A DNA stretch of 63,810 nt, the filler included, from Craspedostauros australis (Eukaryota), in NCBI GenBank assembly GCA_030167865.1. It is 11 parts of 11 records of this genome, joined end to end, with 100 filler letters (N's around TTAATTAATTAA, not from the genome) between each part and the next. Parts side by side here need not be neighbours in the genome. Positions count along the whole stretch, not along the records: positions 57,287 to 59,053 come from JALAGF010004144.1; positions 59,154 to 61,098 come from JALAGF010004145.1; positions 61,199 to 63,810 come from JALAGF010004146.1; 8 more parts are not named here. One strand, 5' to 3'. Positions 57,187 through 63,810 of the stretch are shown piece by piece. The notes under the pieces were generated by a model that was given only the letters and a program-made list of their open reading frames with translations, did not search any database and had not been told where the DNA came from. Made by a program: the position numbers and the translations under genes. Position 1 is the first letter of the stretch. Every line of letters begins with the position of its first letter.

Positions 57187-57286
57187 NNNNNNNNNNNNNN
57201 NNNNNNNNNNNNNNNNNNNNNNNNNNNNNNTTAATTAATTAANNNNNNNNNNNNNNNNNNNNNNNNNNNNNNNNNNNNNNNNNNNN

Positions 57287-58817
57287 AATTGCCGAATCTG
57301 CATGCTCTATGGAGTGCCGTTTCTCCATTTCTCCCTCGAATGTGGATATCCGCTCCGCATGACTCCACCAAATGCGTCACTGTACTTATTTCGAAGAAAC
57401 AAATCGCCGTGTGAAACGCGGTATCTCCTCTCTCATCCTGGATATTGACATCCACTCCACATGACCCTGCCAGATACTTCGCGATATCAAAATGATCGTG
57501 CATGAGTGCAAAATGCATTGTAGTGCCGCGACGATCCTCCTGGATATTGACATCTGCTTGGCATGACTCTACGAGATACTGCACGATATCCAAGTGACCA
57601 TTCACAATTGCAGAAAGAAGCACAGTGCATCCATCGCTTTGCCTGTAGTTGGCATCCACACCACATGTTTCCACAAGATACTTGACAATATACAGGCGAC
57701 CATAGCCGCACGCCTCATCAAGTGCCCGCCTCAGCTCATCGTGGTGAAGGTCTACCTCCACCGCCAGCCATTCCACCAAGTACTTCGCAACTTCCAGATG
57801 CCCGTTGGAGCACGCATAATCCAGCGCAGTTCCGCGATAGCTGGCTCTGATGGTGATATCTGGCGCGCAGGACTCCACAAGATATTTCACAACATTCAAA
57901 TGTCCGTTGGAGGATGCAACGTGAAGGGGCGTATGTTCGTGCTTGTTTTGAAGATTGATATTGGCTCTGCGTGATTCCATGATGCATTTCACGATGTCCA
58001 ACTGCCCGTTGGAGCATGCAACATGAAGCGCTGCATCTTTGCTGTCTCCGTGTTGGGCATTGAGATTCACCCTCGAGGATTTCGCCAAGCACTGAACGAC
58101 GTCCGAATTGGTACTGAAACATGCCTGCTGCAGCACAGTATTGCCATCGTTGTTCTGGAGATTGACATTCAGGGCATCTGACCTCAATAAATACTTCATC
58201 ACATCGACGTGACCCTTCAAACACGCATTGTGCAGTGCGGTGTTGCCGAAGTTATCCTGGATGTTGACTTTGGCTTCACATGGCCCGANCAGGTATTCCA
58301 CAACATCCAGATGACCCTGAAGACATGCACCATGGAGNACTGTTCCGCCTGCGACATCTCGGCTGGTCACATCTGCACCGAAGGATTCTACCAAGGTTCT
58401 TCCGACATCCACATGACCTTCAAAGCAGGCGTCGTAGAGGGCAGTCTTGCCTTGCGTATCTTGGAGGTCGACATCGATGCTCGGCAAGTCTGCCAGGTAT
58501 GACACCACATCCAGGTTGCCTTGAGCGCATGCGTAATGGAGTGCGGTCTCGCCGTCGTTAGATTGGACGCTGGGATCGGCTTCGCAGGATTCCACCAAGT
58601 GCAACACCATGTCAAGCTGCCCGCTGATGCATGCATGATGAAGCAGAGTCCTCTCAGCGCTGTCCTTGACTGTGTCGATGGAGGTCTGTGGGAAGCGGCG
58701 TTTCCATGCATCGATCATGTCCACATTGCCTTGTTCCGCGGCACGTATCAAGTCTAGGTTGCTGATGCTGTCGCCATCGCTGTTATCGGCGGCGGCAGCC
58801 GAGAGAGAGCCTTTCAT
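57287..58817 (-). CDS. Ankyrin repeat protein, 5' part (ATG 58817 or 58919)
   Basis: Many [GT]xTxLHxACxxGHLDVVxYLVESCxA repeats; open to the contig end. Confidence 0.88.
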
Positions 58818-59153
58818 GTTTGTATTGTGGTGTGCGGTGGTGAGTTCATTGTTGAGGATATTGCTCGTGCGCATTGGCAACACGAACAAGAAGCCAAGTG
58901 AAAGCAGATTGAATACCATGAGACGGTTTCAAAAGAGAACGTGGGTGATAGATGGGATGAAGTGAGGTGTGGAGTGCAATGCAGTGCACGAGAGTATCTT
59001 GAGACAGAATGGAGCAGTCAGGAAGGTGGTTGCTCGGAGGCTTGAATGGGCAANNNNNNNNNNNNNNNNNNNNNNNNNNNNNNNNNNNNNNNNNNNNTTA
59101 ATTAATTAANNNNNNNNNNNNNNNNNNNNNNNNNNNNNNNNNNNNNNNNNNNN

Positions 59154-60155
59154 GCAGCGCTTCATGTTGCATGCTCCAACGGGCAGTTGGACATCGTGAA
59201 ATGCATCATGGAATCACGCAGAGCCAATATCAATCTTCAAAACAAGCACGAACATACGCCCCTTCACGTTGCATCCTCCAACGGACATTTGAATGTTGTG
59301 AAATATCTTGTGGAGTCCTGCGCGCCAGATATCACCATCAGAGCCAGCTATCGCGGAACTGCGCTGGATTATGCGTGCTCCAACGGGCATCTGGAAGTTG
59401 CGAAGTACTTGGTGGAATGGCTGGCGGTGGAGGTAGACCTTCACCACGATGAGCTGAGGCGGGCACTTGATGAGGCGTGCGGCTATGGTCGCCTGTATAT
59501 TGTCAAGTATCTTGTGGAAACATGTGGTGTGGATGCCAACTACAGGCAAAGCGATGGATGCACTGTGCTTCTTTCTGCAATTGTGAATGGTCACTTGGAT
59601 ATCGTGCAGTATCTCGTAGAGTCATGCCAAGCAGATGTCAATATCCAGGAGGATCGTCGCGGCACTACAATGCATTTTGCACTCATGCACGATCATTTTG
59701 ATATCGCGAAGTATCTGGCAGGGTCATGTGGAGTGGATGTCAATATCCAGGATGAGAGAGGAGATACCGCGTTTCACACGGCGATTTGTTTCTTCGAAAT
59801 AAGTACAGTGACGCATTTGGTGGAGTCATGCGGAGCGGATATCCACATTCGAGGGAGAAATGGAGAAACGGCACTCCATAGAGCATGCAGATTCGGCAAT
59901 TTGGATGCCATGAGGTGGCTGGTGTCACGTGGGGCGGACACCAGCACCCGAGATGCACATGGAAACACCTTGCTCCACTCAGTATGTTCAACTAGCCTTC
60001 ATGGCGAGTATTTGGAGGTTGTGAAGTATCTGGTGGAGTCGTGTGGAGCTGATCTCAATGCTCGCAACAACGATGGGAAGACTCCACTCGAGTGCGTTGA
60101 GCGCGAAGGATTCTTGTATTACGGAGTTGTGAGCTATTTGGAGAAGCTCACATGA
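59154..60155 (+). CDS. Ankyrin repeat protein, 3' part of the same gene (59154..59901 = reverse complement of 57287..58034)
   Basis: 748-bp overlap with matching ends and identical translation; continues to TGA 60155. Confidence 0.85.
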   Translation, partial: AALHVACSNGQLDIVKCIMESRRANINLQNKHEHTPLHVASSNGHLNVVKYLVESCAPDITIRASYRGTALDYACSNGHLEVAKYLVEWLAVEVDLHHDELRRALDEACGYGRLYIVKYLVETCGVDANYRQSDGCTVLLSAIVNGHLDIVQYLVESCQADVNIQEDRRGTTMHFALMHDHFDIAKYLAGSCGVDVNIQDERGDTAFHTAICFFEISTVTHLVESCGADIHIRGRNGETALHRACRFGNLDAMRWLVSRGADTSTRDAHGNTLLHSVCSTSLHGEYLEVVKYLVESCGADLNARNNDGKTPLECVEREGFLYYGVVSYLEKLT

Positions 60156-60816
60156 ACGAGAGCGGAGCAGAACTGCAGCTGATGTCAAGTACAAAGTGAC
60201 GCTTCTGCGTCAATGGTTGTTCTGTGAGTGGCACAGGTGTAGGGACACTCATGGATGAACAACGTGGGAGTAAGTCGAGATAGAGGACTGTGCATCAAGC
60301 GCCTCAGTCCATCATGCTATCTCAGCATGATGCACTCTGGAGAGTATGTCCTCATAGCAACGAGCAGTGTTCTGCAAGTGTCTGCATGGTGGAGTAATGA
60401 GAGTACAGACAACAGGTAAACGTCAAGCGCGGAGGGCACCATCGAATCTGATGACGACGATTATTAGCCTTTTGAGGATGATACATACGTAGTGTGGGTA
60501 TCCTACTCTTCCTCCAATGTGCGATGGACTGCTGGTCTGCCCCATGTTGACCTTCATGCTGATCCTAGTTGTCCCAATCGCAGCGTTGGCATGTTGTGAC
60601 AGATATACCCGCCTTGATTTGGTTCACGAAGTTGCACCTTTGACCTCCAAGACCGTTGAGTAGACGAGCGAAGTTGTCCTGGGCGAGTTGGATGAGTTGG
60701 ATGATTTGTTGTACGTACACGAGATACGAGATACGAGATACGAAAGATGAAGACTCCAGTGAGAAGCAGGCGTCAACACGAAATGGGATGGCCCTCAGAT
60801 ACTTCAGTTGTTGCCC

Positions 60817-61098
60817 CTAACTGAGTGTGACTGCCTCGATCCCTGCCGCTGCGGTAGATCGTCGCTTCTCCACGGCCTTGTCTTCCGCCTCCAGCAAGCT
60901 TTGATCGCCGGTGATTTCGGCAAAGTACATGGGCATATCCTCCAAGGACCTGCCTTTCGTTTCTGGCAGATTGAAGAAGATGAAGAGCGCCGATATTGTG
61001 CAGACGGCGGCAAGCAGCAGGAAGGCCCCCGTCCAACTCATCGCCGATGCCGTGGAAAGGAAGGTGGAGGACATCAAGGTCCCCGTCAAGCGGTTGAA
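60817..61098 (-). CDS. MFS sugar-porter family transporter, C-terminal fragment
   Basis: NRLTGTLMSSTFLS...last TM...LPETKGRSLEDM (PETKG motif). Confidence 0.85.
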   Translation of the reverse strand, partial: FNRLTGTLMSSTFLSTASAMSWTGAFLLLAAVCTISALFIFFNLPETKGRSLEDMPMYFAEITGDQSLLEAEDKAVEKRRSTAAAGIEAVTLS

Positions 61099-61209
61099 NN
61101 NNNNNNNNNNNNNNNNNNNNNNNNNNNNNNNNNNNNNNNNNNTTAATTAATTAANNNNNNNNNNNNNNNNNNNNNNNNNNNNNNNNNNNNNNNNNNNNAA
61201 CTCACAACC

Positions 61210-62517
61210 ATGCCAACCATGAAGAAGGAACTCCTCGCCCTGGTCATCGGCCAGAGCCTCATGGCCAACGGCGTCGAATCGATGAGTGGTACGAACGGCG
61301 CCGCTCCAAGCATCGACAACCACGAGGAGAGGCGCGTGGCGCGCAAACAGAGGATTGCCAACGCAAAAGCTGGGCTCCGAGACGGACTTGGTACGTTCCC
61401 TTCCGCCAGGTCCTTGGAAAAGACTGATGGTGCCATTGCCAAGCCGCAGAGCAGCACCAAGGGAAGCAACGTCCGGCATCCACGTGCATCTTCCTCCACC
61501 AGCGACAGCGCCGCTACCAGCAACAACAAATACACCGATCTCGGTCGTCTCGGAAGCGTCGCTGGCAACGGTGATGACAGCGTGTCACAGGATCCCGTTC
61601 AGTTGGCTCGTCGTCAGAAGGAGATCGAAGCACACTCTGAAGGTGCCCGTCAACTCAAATCATCGAAGTCGTCGAAATCCTCCAAATCTTCCAAATCGCT
61701 CAAGTCCCTCAAATCCTTCAAGGACTTCGATTCATGCTTCACGGGAACGGTGGCAGAAGTCGCCGCGAGCTGTGCAGCCGCCGGCGCCGAATGCTGCGAG
61801 GCACCCGTCGATGCTAGCGGACCAGCATGCGTATGGACCGACAACCAGACCGTCACCGTTTGCCCGTACTCTTGCAACGGATACGACGCATGCAACTTCC
61901 AAGAACACATAACAACGCCAATCCAGATTGCCCCCAACTCCTGCAATGGCAACAGCGCCTGCTTTTTTACGAATGTATCCATTCCGCTGGATTCTTGCAA
62001 CGGTGTCTACGCCTGCACGTTCAACTACGGGAGTCTGGGCGAGAGCACCTGCAACGGCTACTCTGCGTGCAGTACCAACTATGACACGATCGCTGATTTG
62101 TCTTGCAACGGGATGTATGCGTGTGGCAATAATAACGGGGATATCGCAAAAGGATCCTGCGTGGGAGGATACGCGTGCTTCCGCAACATGGGGACGATCG
62201 AAGAGAATGCTTGCCATGGCTATGCCGCGTGCACCCGCAACACCGACAAGATCGAGGAGGATTCGTGTTTTGGAGGATTTGCGTGCGATCGCAACAAGGC
62301 GAAGATCGAGAAGAAGTCTTGTATCGGCGATGGCGCGTGCGAGAGATCCACCGGCGTCATCGGTAAGAAGGCCTGCATTGGAGAAGGGGCTTGCGTCTTC
62401 AACAAGGCCCCGATTGGCGACGAAGCCTGCATCGGTGTCAGAGCATGCTTTGCCAACAACGTCTCCGTGGCAGATGGAGAATGCATCGGCGATCGTGTCT
62501 GCGCCGTGCAAATCTAG
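61210..62517 (+). CDS. Secreted protein: signal peptide, RXL + KSSK run, Cys-rich 18-aa repeat domain
   Basis: MKKELLALVIGQSLMANG; RQL-KSSKSSKSSKSSKSLKSLKSFK; twelve CxGxxxC repeats. Confidence 0.85.
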   Translation: MPTMKKELLALVIGQSLMANGVESMSGTNGAAPSIDNHEERRVARKQRIANAKAGLRDGLGTFPSARSLEKTDGAIAKPQSSTKGSNVRHPRASSSTSDSAATSNNKYTDLGRLGSVAGNGDDSVSQDPVQLARRQKEIEAHSEGARQLKSSKSSKSSKSSKSLKSLKSFKDFDSCFTGTVAEVAASCAAAGAECCEAPVDASGPACVWTDNQTVTVCPYSCNGYDACNFQEHITTPIQIAPNSCNGNSACFFTNVSIPLDSCNGVYACTFNYGSLGESTCNGYSACSTNYDTIADLSCNGMYACGNNNGDIAKGSCVGGYACFRNMGTIEENACHGYAACTRNTDKIEEDSCFGGFACDRNKAKIEKKSCIGDGACERSTGVIGKKACIGEGACVFNKAPIGDEACIGVRACFANNVSVADGECIGDRVCAVQI

Positions 62518-63810
62518 AGTCGACGTGCTGCTACGGGCATTCATATCAGTATGTTTATGAATACATGAATGTATGGAGAGTAAGCAAGAAGAAGCGAAGA
62601 TAAGCACTCGCCATGTTAGTTTTGGCGAGGGATAGTCAGATTACAAATATAATACATCATTGAAGCGTTCTTCGTGTGCTGTAGGTGTGGTTATGTTGTG
62701 GCATGGCATGGCGAGGTCGCTGGAGTGTACATTCGTATTGCATATGATTCGATCGCTGGTGTCTACAAACTTAAATTCAGACGTACCACAGGTAGAGCGC
62801 AACTCCCTCTTCAGAATGTCGAATAGATTCGAATGGTGGGATAAGTAAGAAACGTCGTCGCCGTCATCTTTGTGTCTGCGAAGATTCAATCCATTCCGCA
62901 ATTCATCCTTTCGGATGGAAATCATGTCTCAAGTCCCATCTTCGAATCTGGAATGATCGAATCAGCTCGGTTGCCGACTCATCCTTCGATGCACCTGATG
63001 GGAAAGTTGCGTCATGGTTGTGCAGGCGTACTCGTCCTCAACTCGTGTGTCTTGGGATGGTGCGCTGCGGATAGGAAGCCTTCTTGTTCGTCATGGCCAC
63101 TTCATACTTTCTCGGAAAGGAATCCACGATTTCGCGTTTGCATCATGGCAGATTGTGAGGAAACGTCTTCTCTGATTGTGTCCACCCTGATGTGGTCATG
63201 TCTTCGTTGGTCTCATTGTTGACGCGTTACGCTGCGATGCGTTGCGTTGCGTTGCATTGCCCTGCCAAGTCAAGAGTCAAGAGGAAGGACGTTGGTGGCT
63301 TCTTGTGTGTGTTGGCTTGATGTGTTGGTGGATTTGGTGGTTGCGTGTTGGCTGACGTCACGTTGATGGGTGTGTTTTCTGTTGTCAGTATTTCCCACCT
63401 GTTTGTGGATCTCTGTTGTTGCGAACATGAATGAGCACGGCGAACCCTGTGTTGTTCCTGTCCATAAATCTGACAAGTGCGCTACTGAGCTGTACTGACC
63501 AATCACAAACCAGAAGAGAGGAAACGTCGACGCAAACTTCTCCAATCAAACTTCACACATTGCCAATGACCCACGTCATCGTCCCATCCACCCAATTCCT
63601 CTGCTGACTCCGTCGCACACATCATCTCACTTTCCCATGTCAGAAGATTCCAAACGAAACAAAACGGATGCGGAGTCGAAATGAATGCGAAACGGAAATG
63701 GTTCACGTGATGATTCGCAGTCATTCGATGTCTCCATCTCTGATGTGTGGTGTTGTTGTACGTTGGTGCGTGTTGTTGATGGTGTGAACATGTACCAACT
63801 CCGTGCAACC

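Overview
Eukaryotic genomic DNA, most likely from a diatom: GT-AG introns, a bipartite plastid-type presequence, DUR3/SSS transporters, an RXL+KxxK secreted protein and an RNase H-bearing LINE. The window is not one continuous locus. It is 11 contigs joined by ten identical 100-nt artificial spacers (44 N + TTAATTAATTAA + 44 N), and several contigs redundantly overlap each other. Recognisable genes: APC4, an OCRL/INPP5B-type inositol 5-phosphatase, two sodium:solute symporters (one is DUR3), a TrmJ-like methyltransferase, a FANCJ/RTEL1-like Fe-S helicase, a UBA-PUB-UBX protein, a sugar-porter fragment, several ankyrin proteins, two paralogous Cys-rich secreted proteins and the 3' end of a non-LTR retrotransposon. 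Best non-obvious signals: (1) a complete TPP riboswitch aptamer about 400 nt downstream of the first SSS transporter on the same strand, with a candidate 3'-UTR intron in between; (2) a secreted protein combining an RXL site, a silaffin-like KSSK run and a 12-turn, 18-residue disulfide repeat; (3) a PDZ-like insert inside the helicase Fe-S region; (4) a small contig on which both genes carry in-frame nonsense codons. All family calls come from recognising motifs by eye; no searches were run.
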